DNA of 64,000 nt, from positions 96,001 through 160,000 of the forward strand of contig CAVUDP010000001.1 in the NCBI GenBank assembly GCA_963740315.1. Direction: 5' to 3'. This document shows, one piece after another, positions 55,585-64,000 of the stretch (position 1 is the first letter of the stretch; every line of letters begins with the position of its first letter). The notes under the pieces were generated by a model. The model saw nothing but the letters and a program-made list of their open reading frames with translations, ran no database searches and had not been told where the DNA came from. Both the position numbers and the translations under genes were made by a program. Source of the stretch: an uncultured cyanobacterium (GTDB lineage: Bacteria; Cyanobacteriota; Cyanobacteriia; Cyanobacteriales; Nostocaceae).

Positions 55585-56994
55585 ATGAATCTACCACCAT
55601 TACCAGCCAATGAAGACGATAGACTCCGGGCACTTCTACGTTACAAAGTTTTAGATTCTCAAGTAGAACAAGCATTTGATGATTTAACCGCAATAGCGGC
55701 ACACATTTGCGATACTCCGATTTCTTTAATTAGTTTGATAGATGAAAATCGGCAGTGGTTTAAATCAAAAGTTGGTTTAGAAGCCACAGAAACACCTAGA
55801 GAATTAGCTTTTTGCGCTTATACTATACTCCAGCCAGAAAGAGTACTAATCGTACCTAATGCGGAAGAAGATGAGCGATTTGCCGATAACCCGTTGGTAA
55901 CATCCGATCCTAACATTAGATTTTACGCTGGCGCACCTTTAGTAACACCTGATGGATTAGCGATCGGTACATTATGTGCTATCGATAATAAACCGCGAAA
56001 TCTTAGCCCCGAACAAATACAGGCTTTACAGGCTTTAAGTCGTCAAGTAATTGGTCAATTAGAGCTAAGAATTAACTTAATTAAATTAAAGCAAAATATC
56101 ACTAATCGCGAGCAAGTAGAGCAAGATTTACGCGATACGAATAAGCAGTTGAATCACACTTTAGGTAAGTTAAAACAAACTCAAGTGCAACTTATTCAAA
56201 GTGAAAAAATGTCGAGTTTGGGTGAGATGGTTGCTGGGATTGCCCATGAAATAAATAATCCAGTTAACTTTATTTATGCAAATCTCAACTACGTTAACAC
56301 TTATGTTAGTGACTTACTTGATTTGCTATCTCTTTACCAACAGCATTATCCCAATCCACATTGCGAAATAAAAGATAAAGAAACAGCAATAGAGGTTAAT
56401 TTTTTAGCTGAAGATTTGCCTAATATATTATCTTCAATGAACTCAGGAGCCGAGCGGATTCAAAATATCGTTTTATCTTTACGTAATTTTTCACGATTGG
56501 ATGAAGCTCAAAAAAAATCTGTTGATATTCATCAAGGTATAGATAGTACGTTATTGATTTTGCAACATCGATTCAATGCAACATTAAAACGCCCTGCGAT
56601 CGAAATTATAAAAGAATATGGCAAACTACCAAAAGTAGAATGCTATGCAGCGCAATTAAACCAAGTTTTTCTAAATATATTATCGAATGCAATTGATGCC
56701 ATAGAAGAAAGAAATATTGCTCAGTCACCGACAATTCGTATTCGTACTGATATCTCCCCCGAAAATCATCTTTTAATTATGATTGCTGATAATGGGATGG
56801 GAATTCCAGAAGAAATTCAACCAAGAATATTTGACCCTTTCTTTACAAGTAAACCAGTAGGTAAAGGTAAAGGTTTGGGACTCTCGATCGCCTATCAAGT
56901 TGTAGTTAAAAAGCACAACGGTCATCTGAAATATAGAACTAAAGTTGGGAAAGGTACCGAATTTTTGATTGAAATTCCGATTAAGTCTAATTAG
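55585..56994 (+). CDS. GAF-domain sensor histidine kinase
   Basis: RQWFKSKVG, IRFYAGAPL; AHEINNP, LNQVFLNIL, DPFFTSK. Confidence 0.92.
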   Translation: MNLPPLPANEDDRLRALLRYKVLDSQVEQAFDDLTAIAAHICDTPISLISLIDENRQWFKSKVGLEATETPRELAFCAYTILQPERVLIVPNAEEDERFADNPLVTSDPNIRFYAGAPLVTPDGLAIGTLCAIDNKPRNLSPEQIQALQALSRQVIGQLELRINLIKLKQNITNREQVEQDLRDTNKQLNHTLGKLKQTQVQLIQSEKMSSLGEMVAGIAHEINNPVNFIYANLNYVNTYVSDLLDLLSLYQQHYPNPHCEIKDKETAIEVNFLAEDLPNILSSMNSGAERIQNIVLSLRNFSRLDEAQKKSVDIHQGIDSTLLILQHRFNATLKRPAIEIIKEYGKLPKVECYAAQLNQVFLNILSNAIDAIEERNIAQSPTIRIRTDISPENHLLIMIADNGMGIPEEIQPRIFDPFFTSKPVGKGKGLGLSIAYQVVVKKHNGHLKYRTKVGKGTEFLIEIPIKSN

Positions 56995-57000
56995 TACAAA

Positions 57001-57055
57001 GTTCGTAGTAAGGACTTTAGTCCTTCTATCGAGGGCTAAAGCCCTTACTACAAAC
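57001..57055. repeat. REP doublet (REPIN-like) of the GTAGTAAGGGCTTTAGCCCT family
   Basis: gtagtaaggactttagtcct ... agggctaaagcccttactac. Confidence 0.8.
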
Positions 57056-58004
57056 CGGCGCTCAACTTCTGTTCTGTTTTCGCTTCAACGTAAGCCGCGT
57101 AAACACCTTGAACGTTATACCAATTCAAGAATATTCGAGCTACTTCTAAAGCTAATTGCGGTTTACCCGATTTAATCAAATATCGCAAGAATGGAGCCAT
57201 TGTCCGCTCGTTTAAAGTCCCATTCAAGGAAAGAACACCCCAAAGTAAGCGGTGCAGCCAAGTCATTTGAATCATCATTCGCACATTCCAAGTAGGATGC
57301 TTTTGATAAAACAAAACTCCCATACGCCCGCGTTGAATTTCTTTATCAATTAAATTAGGAATTTGGTCTAAATCAAATGCAGGATGCCAATGATAACCCA
57401 CTGCTTCAGGACATTTAATTAACTGTAAACCCAAATTTTTGAGTCTTACACCTAACTCTAAATCTTCCCAACCATAAAGTTGAAAACCAGTATCGAAAAG
57501 TCCAGCTTTCTCCAACCAATGTTTGGGAATCGCAACGTTTCCCGTAGCAAAAAAAGCGGCGGAATAATCGGTTAATTTATACGGTTCGGAAGTAGGATTT
57601 TCAAAATTTGCGGTGTTAATTACCGCACCATAAGTAAAAAACCTGTCATTCCCTAACTTTTTCTCTCCCTGTGTCAGCGCATCTGCATGAGCTTGGAGAA
57701 AAACTTCTGTAACTACTAAATCGCTATCAATAAAAATAATTGTATCGCCTTTCGCTTTTTCTACCCCCAAATTCCGCGCCGCAGCAGGTCCCATATGTTC
57801 TTGCTCGAAGGTTCGCACGTGGGGAAAATTATCTTTGTGTGTTGACAACCACTCCAAAGTTCCATCGGTAGAACCATCATCAACTAAAATAATTTCGTAA
57901 TCTGTCACCGCATTCTGACTTAAAACTTGTACCTCCAAAGCTTTGAGGCACTTCTCTAAAATCGGCTTGCGATTGTAAGTCGGAATCACAACACTAAAAA
58001 ACAC
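57048..58004 (-). CDS. Glycosyltransferase family 2
   Basis: SVVIPTYNR, VDDGSTD, FIDSD, GWEDLE. Confidence 0.9.
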   Translation of the reverse strand: MFFSVVIPTYNRKPILEKCLKALEVQVLSQNAVTDYEIILVDDGSTDGTLEWLSTHKDNFPHVRTFEQEHMGPAAARNLGVEKAKGDTIIFIDSDLVVTEVFLQAHADALTQGEKKLGNDRFFTYGAVINTANFENPTSEPYKLTDYSAAFFATGNVAIPKHWLEKAGLFDTGFQLYGWEDLELGVRLKNLGLQLIKCPEAVGYHWHPAFDLDQIPNLIDKEIQRGRMGVLFYQKHPTWNVRMMIQMTWLHRLLWGVLSLNGTLNERTMAPFLRYLIKSGKPQLALEVARIFLNWYNVQGVYAAYVEAKTEQKLSAGL

Positions 58005-58098
58005 AGTTTCACCCCCAACACTATTCCCTTAAAATAGGACAGCTACAACTATACTGCTGTTCCTAATCAAAAGTGCTTTAGTGACAAAGAGCGCAAAA

Positions 58099-58158
58099 GG
58101 TTCGTAGTAAGAACTTTAGTTCACTCTTCGCACGAGAACTAAAGTTCTTACTACAAAC
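58099..58158. repeat. REP doublet, same family as 57001
   Basis: gtagtaagaactttagttc ... gaactaaagttcttactac. Confidence 0.8.
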
Positions 58159-58174
58159 GCCTTTAAAAAAGATA

Positions 58175-58948
58175 TTAACGCTTCAAACCAACTTTACGAC
58201 GATTTCGACGCACCATTAAACCAGCCCCAACTACTCCCGCAGCTAAGCCAAAAGTGCTGGTTGATTCTGGAACTTGTTTTGGTGTTTGTATACTAAATTT
58301 CAATGTTGCTACACCTGGTGCGGGAGCATTTTGATCTTCGGGAAGTCTATCGCTCTGCTCGAAAGTTATTTCACCGCTAGCGTTTTCAAATACACCCGTT
58401 CCTCCGGTAATGGTTATAATACCTCCGCCGCTTACCGTGCCTGGAAAGTTGGGGGTACCTGGAGGAAAGAAATTAATTTCAGCGCGATCGGCAGCTTGTC
58501 CAAATAACTTATTAGCGCTGTCACCAAAATATATATCGGAATTTACTTCTGGGTTCACTACTCCTAGTTCAGTACGCCGATCTATAACCGATTGCGGTGG
58601 ATTTTCTAAACCTATAACATCGGGATTCGCATTGAATTGAAATTTTTGATTTACTGGTACTATATTTCCGTTCTCGTCGGTAATATTTTCTTGGGATACC
58701 AATTTTCCGAAAGCATTACTTTCAAAATTAGTTAATCCGAAAGCAGTATTACTATCTTGAGAAATACCTGAAATCTGAGCTGTAAAAAATCCCGATTCTG
58801 ATTCGATTGGCATCAATGTAAATAGCGTATCGTATGTAATCTCAAATTCTTTATTTACGCTAGTTTGTGCTTTAACACTTTGTATATTCGACCCAAAAGC
58901 AGCACAGGTCAAAGCTACGGGAATCAGCCATTTAATTTGCAATTTCAT
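58175..58948 (-). CDS. PEP-CTERM sorting-domain secreted protein
   Basis: Signal peptide; VPES + TM + RRNRRK; ITGGTG.F..ASG motif. Confidence 0.85.
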   Translation of the reverse strand: MKLQIKWLIPVALTCAAFGSNIQSVKAQTSVNKEFEITYDTLFTLMPIESESGFFTAQISGISQDSNTAFGLTNFESNAFGKLVSQENITDENGNIVPVNQKFQFNANPDVIGLENPPQSVIDRRTELGVVNPEVNSDIYFGDSANKLFGQAADRAEINFFPPGTPNFPGTVSGGGIITITGGTGVFENASGEITFEQSDRLPEDQNAPAPGVATLKFSIQTPKQVPESTSTFGLAAGVVGAGLMVRRNRRKVGLKR

Positions 58949-59425
58949 AATAATAAATACCTAGATTAAGAACATAACGAATTTTGCTTATCTATAATTT
59001 TCAGAAAAATACCCTTTGATACATAAATTCATAATAGATTTATTTTGAATCAAGAGCATAAAATTCCTAAACTTTGATAAAACTTAGCTAAAAATACTTC
59101 AATTAAGCATTAAAAAATTACTAATTTGAGTTATCGATTTACAAACAAATTGCTTGCAAAAAATGTTTTAAATTCGTTTTTTTTACCTTTTCTACTTCTA
59201 CGTTAGTCGCTCGATAGCTGCGTTTTTTCGGAATATTTTACTTAAAAGCAGATTAAAATCGCTTTTGCCTTGCATCGAACGGTATTAATAACCACAATAC
59301 AAAAACTAACAGTTAGGAAGTTAGATTATATTGACTTGTTCTTTTAGCTAAAGAAAATTGGTTTAATACGGATTGATGAAATTACATCAACTGCGATCGG
59401 TGCAAGCTTTAATAAAGTTTAATTA

Positions 59426-60082
59426 TTATCGCTTCAAAGTTGTTTTACTTTTCTTCCGACGTAGAAACAAACCAGCCCCTACTACTCCCGCAGCAAGCCC
59501 AATAGTATCTGTTGGTTCTGGAATTTGATGGGGAACTTGGAAAGAACCGCTAATAACAGCTTCACCTAAAATAGGAGCAGTTGGATTTGGATCGAAATCG
59601 CCATTTTCTGTAAAATTTAACGTGCCATTAGCACCAGTAAATCTACCAGCGCCACCCGTGATATTTATAGAACCTTCACCCGATACCGTAAAGGTTTCAA
59701 AATCAAAAAAAGCTGTAAGTTGACTAAATCCAAACAGCTTATCATCGCCGCTACCAGAGTATTCTTCTGTAAGGAAAGGAAAAACCTCTGGATCTAAACC
59801 TAAATCTGTTGGATCTGCACTAAACGTACCTACACCAGTCTCAGGGTTTATACGACTATAGTTTTCGCTAATAAAATTAGTTAAACCGTAAGGAGCATTA
59901 CTGTTTGTACCCCTAACAGAAGCTTTTACAACATCTGAATTATCAATAGGTGTAACAGTTACTTCTGTGTCATAAACAACGTTAAACGGAAATATAGTAT
60001 TTGCAGCAGCTTTTTGTATATTCGAGCCGATGCTCAAGCAAGTTAAAGCTACTGGAATCAACCACTTAATTTGCATACCCAT
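59426..60082 (-). CDS. PEP-CTERM secreted protein, paralogue of 58175-58948
   Basis: Same QIKWLIPVALTC signal peptide; IPEP + GLAAGVVGAGL + RRKK. Confidence 0.85.
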   Translation of the reverse strand: MGMQIKWLIPVALTCLSIGSNIQKAAANTIFPFNVVYDTEVTVTPIDNSDVVKASVRGTNSNAPYGLTNFISENYSRINPETGVGTFSADPTDLGLDPEVFPFLTEEYSGSGDDKLFGFSQLTAFFDFETFTVSGEGSINITGGAGRFTGANGTLNFTENGDFDPNPTAPILGEAVISGSFQVPHQIPEPTDTIGLAAGVVGAGLFLRRKKSKTTLKR

Positions 60083-60270
60083 AATTAAATCAGCCTTCTT
60101 TACGTTGACGAAAAATATTAGATTAAGAAAACAGCAAGTTTCGCTTATTTATCATTATTAATGAAAATACTGAAAATAATATAAATTCTATGTATGTTTT
60201 TAATACTTATACGCCGATAAAATTACTTAATTTTCATGATAAGTAAGTTAAAATGCTTATGTTTTATTCG

Positions 60271-60586
60271 ATCGTTACTCCGCCATATAAGTTATGGAAG
60301 GGGTTGGAGTAGTGCGTTAAGGAACACACTCGGTTAACGCACTACCCAAGCCTGTCAAAACTTTTGAAAAAGACCACTAATAGTCTGTCTCATTAATCCC
60401 GACGGGTTGTAGTCTCCCGGCATTTACGAAAAAACGAACCAGCCAAAACTTTTGAAAAGGAGTACTAATAGTGCGTTTCATTAATTCTGATAGGTTTGTA
60501 GTAAGGGCTTCAGCCCTAAACCCGGAGAGTTAAAACTCTTACTACGAACCTTTTTACCCATCAAAATTAATGTGGCGGAGTACTAG
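60271..60586. mobile_element. Second tandem array of inverted-end cassettes with REP cargo
   Basis: Junctions CTAA 60377, CTAA 60465, CTAG 60583; ends match those at 48.8-49.2 kb. Confidence 0.7.
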
Positions 60587-60829
60587 CTTCTTCAAAGTCA
60601 ACAACAAAATTTCTCGCTCAAATTCAAAAAGTCCTTGATTTTACCTTTTATACTTCCATATCAAATCATCAACCCTGCATTTATGCTGAATGTTTTAGTT
60701 ACACTATTACTTACACAGGTGTCTATACAGTCTGGAGAAAATACTTAAGTAGTATAAATACTGAGGAGAATATACCTAAATTAATTAGATAATAAACAAT
60801 CGTCGTTTTGCAGCATCGAGAAATAATCA

Positions 60830-62026
60830 ATGGGTCGCGCCAAAAAAGTTGTCTTAGCATATTCCGGTGGAGTAGATACATCAGTTTGTATCCCCTACCT
60901 CAAACAAGAGTGGGGAGTAGAAGAAGTAATTACCCTCGCAGCAGATTTAGGTCAAGGTGAAGAATTAGAACCAGTCCGCGAAAAAGCTCTCAAGTCTGGT
61001 GCAAGTGAATCGCTGGTGGTGAATGTCCAAGAAAGCTTTATTAAAGATTATGCATTCCTCGCCATTCAAGCAAACGCTATCTATGAAAATCGTTATCCTC
61101 TGGCAACAGCCCTCGCACGTCCGTTAATTGCCAAGGCATTAGTCGAAACTGCCCAAAAATACGAAGCCGATGCGATCGCACATGGTTGTACTGGTAAAGG
61201 TAACGACCAAGTTCGTTTCGATGTGGCTGTTACGGCTATGAATCCCAATCTTAAAATCCTCGCACCAGCAAGGGAATGGGGCATGAGTCGGGAAGAAACT
61301 ATTGCTTATGGAGAACGTTTTGGTATTCCCTCACCAGTAAAAAAATCTTCCCCTTACAGTATTGACAAAAACCTGCTCGGTCGGAGTATTGAAGCTGGCG
61401 CTTTAGAAGATCCGTCATACGAACCGCCAGAAGAAATCTACGAGATGACAAAGGCGATCGCTAACACTCCCGACGAACCAGAATACATCGAAATCGGTTT
61501 TGTTAAAGGTATGCCCGCGACTCTCAACGGTGAATCTAAAAACCCAGTTGAATTGATTGCACAACTAAACCAATTGGTAGGAAATCACGGTGTAGGACGC
61601 ATCGACATGATCGAAAACCGTTTGGTGGGTATTAAATCGCGGGAAATTTACGAGTCACCAGCAATGGTGGCATTAATTCAAGCACATCGCGATTTAGAAA
61701 GTTTGACTTTGACAGCGGATGTCAGCCACTACAAACGAGGTATTGAGGAAACTTACAGTCAATTAATTTACAATGGCTTGTGGTTTAGTCCGCTCAAAGC
61801 TGCTCTTGATGCCTTTATTCAAAAGACACAAGAACGAGTTTCGGGAACCGTGCGAATGAAACTTTTCAAAGGTAACGCTACCATTGTTGGTCGTCGCTCC
61901 GATAATTCACTTTACAATCCTGAGTTAGCAACCTACGGCGCTGATGACCAATTTGACCACAAAGCTGCTGAAGGCTTTATTTACATTTGGGGATTACCTA
62001 CTCGGATTTGGTCCCAGCAGAAATAA
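60830..62026 (+). CDS. argG: Argininosuccinate synthase
   Basis: [37 protein letters not shown]. Confidence 0.97.
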   Translation: MGRAKKVVLAYSGGVDTSVCIPYLKQEWGVEEVITLAADLGQGEELEPVREKALKSGASESLVVNVQESFIKDYAFLAIQANAIYENRYPLATALARPLIAKALVETAQKYEADAIAHGCTGKGNDQVRFDVAVTAMNPNLKILAPAREWGMSREETIAYGERFGIPSPVKKSSPYSIDKNLLGRSIEAGALEDPSYEPPEEIYEMTKAIANTPDEPEYIEIGFVKGMPATLNGESKNPVELIAQLNQLVGNHGVGRIDMIENRLVGIKSREIYESPAMVALIQAHRDLESLTLTADVSHYKRGIEETYSQLIYNGLWFSPLKAALDAFIQKTQERVSGTVRMKLFKGNATIVGRRSDNSLYNPELATYGADDQFDHKAAEGFIYIWGLPTRIWSQQK

Positions 62027-62147
62027 TTCGTCTCGGAGCCGCACCCCTACGGATGAACGTAATTAGTTTTTATTAATTACAAAAATAAAAGCCTCTCTTC
62101 TTTAAAGGAGAGAGGTTTTATACTTCAATTATTAATTATCTTATTCT

Positions 62148-62780
62148 TCATTCTTCAGGAGTTATTTCCTTAACCTGGCGCGACTCTAACCAAAGAGGTA
62201 CGGCGATTAAAGCAACAAGAATCAGCAATGCCAAAATAGCAAATTGACCTACCCACTGTACCAACTGTTCCAAAGCGACTACCTTGCCAGCGAAGAAAGC
62301 CAAAGAAACCATCGTACCAGCCCAAGCGGCAGCGCCTAAAAAGTTGTATAACAAGAATTTTGCAAAAGGCATTTCGGCGATACCAGCTAATGGTGAGGCA
62401 AAAATTCGTAATAAAGCGAAAAATCTGCCAAAGAATACGGCTTTAGCAGCATTTTCACTAAATTTTTCTTTTATACCCAAAACTTTTATTTCAGAAATTC
62501 GTAATAGACTTGCCAGACGCATTAGTAATGACCAACCGCCAATTCGACCAATCCAATAGCCGCAAATCCCGCCAATCGCCGCACCTGCCGCTGCATCACT
62601 TAAAACTAACCAGTAATTAAGTTCATCATTACCAGCTAAAAAGCCACCTACTAAAGTTATAGTTTCACCCGGAAGCGGAATACCTAAGTTTTCTAATAAA
62701 ATTCCTACAAAAATCGCCCAATAGCCGTATTGATGAGCAATTTCCTGAATATTCTCTAGTGATATGAAATCGAGAGACAT
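62148..62780 (-). CDS. dedA: DedA family membrane protein
   Basis: LENLGIPLPGE, GYWIGR, FFGRF. Confidence 0.88.
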   Translation of the reverse strand: MSLDFISLENIQEIAHQYGYWAIFVGILLENLGIPLPGETITLVGGFLAGNDELNYWLVLSDAAAGAAIGGICGYWIGRIGGWSLLMRLASLLRISEIKVLGIKEKFSENAAKAVFFGRFFALLRIFASPLAGIAEMPFAKFLLYNFLGAAAWAGTMVSLAFFAGKVVALEQLVQWVGQFAILALLILVALIAVPLWLESRQVKEITPEE

Positions 62781-63390
62781 CCAGCCTTAACCTATTTATA
62801 TAATTTTACATTTCTACATATTGACTCTTTTCAATGTAAGGTGTCAATGAAGTTAATGGTTGTTTGTTTGATATAACACTCATCTGACTCTTCGATCGTG
62901 CATAAAATATTCAAGACATTTTTTAGTCAATAACTATACATATAATTATAAGAAAAATTACATAAAATATTGTAGTGACGTAATTTTGGAATATTTACAG
63001 TAATATAGTTTCACCAATTAGACTTTTTATAAAACTATTTTGAGATAGTATTAACTAAAACTCTCTCTTGAAATAGATGTTTACCACAACCTCACAATTA
63101 CTATCATCTATAACATTAATTTCATCAAAAATTCATAAAACTCTGAGTAAATTATAAAAATTTCGTAAAAGAAGCAGTTGTTACGGAAAAACCGAATCGC
63201 TTATGCCTATACTGAGAATTGTTTGGATAAATTATACGGCATAAATACTGATTGCATTTGTCTCAATTTTATTGCCTAAGTACTTATATATATATGTAGG
63301 TTCAGATGGTAAGTTTTTGGTTGAGAAAGAAATAGTATTTGTGTCTGTTTTTTGTTTTTTCTTGAGTATTTCAACTACCCAGTTAAATTT

Positions 63391-63744
63391 ATGACTTTCA
63401 CACTAGAACGTCAAGTTAATTTGTTCAAGCCCGAAGGACGCATGGACTTGCAGGGCGGAAATGCTTTGAGTGAAAAGATTGCTTTGATATTACCCCAGCC
63501 AAAGCAACTCTGGGTGATTGACTTAGCTAAAGTAGACTTTATGGACAGTTCTGGTTTAGTAAGCTTAGTCAAAGGACTTAAAGCAGCCCGTCATCATAAT
63601 TGTCATTTAGTTCTTTGTAATGTGACAGCGCCAGTTCGGTTAGTTTTGGAACTTACTCATCTAGATTCTGTTTTTGACATTTTCAATACTTACGAAGATG
63701 TTTTGAGCATCGTAAAAAATAAAACTTTAGCTGTAGCAAGCTAA
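63391..63744 (+). CDS. STAS-domain anti-sigma factor antagonist
   Basis: IDLAKVDFMDSSGL, LELTHLD; ATG 63391 preferred. Confidence 0.88.
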   Translation: MTFTLERQVNLFKPEGRMDLQGGNALSEKIALILPQPKQLWVIDLAKVDFMDSSGLVSLVKGLKAARHHNCHLVLCNVTAPVRLVLELTHLDSVFDIFNTYEDVLSIVKNKTLAVAS

Positions 63745-64000
63745 CTTTTTGTTTATTTAAAATCTCAGATGCCTTCGGTCTAGTTTTAATCGCAGTAAGT
63801 AAATTACACAGCAACGCTCAAATCAACTGTTTGGTTGGAAGTTAGATGAGGGCGTGTTGAGTATGCTTTATCAACCGTCATGCTTCACTTTTTATATAAA
63901 TTACTGCGCTCAGATCGGCACGCTTGCGAGTGCTACTGAGTTGTTAAAGCTAGCCCTAAAAATCTAAGCAGAAGAATTTATAAATTAGGTAAAATTGGTA

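Noticed and set aside
1414..62559. Numerous short antisense or out-of-frame ORFs overlapping recognised genes
   Set aside because: Shadow ORFs with no independent coding evidence.
63800..63950. Hairpin-containing stretch after the STAS gene
   Set aside because: Only one modest hairpin (ctcag..gcac..gtgc..ctgag) and the context is cut by the window end.

Overview
A 64-kb chromosomal window from a heterocyst-forming cyanobacterium (Nostocales). This assignment rests on AT-rich DNA, abundant HIP1 GCGATCGC sites, heptamer STRR tracts, CP12 and hepA/hepC. Positions 0.6-4.4 kb hold a TerY-type vWA / PP2C-like phosphatase / Ser-Thr kinase-TM-TPR triad. Positions 5.7-27.8 kb hold the heterocyst envelope polysaccharide (HEP) island: rfbF, lhgO, epimerase, rfbC, a SAF oxidoreductase, glycosyltransferases, a Wzc-like protein, hepC, hepA and a Wzy/O-antigen-ligase-like protein. 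Beyond it lie an amidase, a URC1/URC4/upp uracil-catabolism cluster, trmB, a metallophosphoesterase, a FIST protein, CP12, guaA, two histidine kinases, a TerB-like protein, recG, tsf, rpsB, two tandem PEP-CTERM paralogues, argG, dedA and a STAS protein. The most notable non-coding features are three. (1) A 384-bp element consisting only of an IscB-type HEARO/omegaRNA scaffold and a transposon right end, inserted exactly at an ATGA that is also a start codon. (2) Two arrays of ~90-130-bp cassettes bounded by ~31-bp inverted ends and joined at CTAG/CTAA, each carrying variable REP-type cargo. (3) A nested 135-bp repeat element inserted in frame in a PAS domain. hepA and tsf each carry a frameshift at a short homopolymer, probably an assembly error. 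All family assignments come from motif recognition, not database searches.
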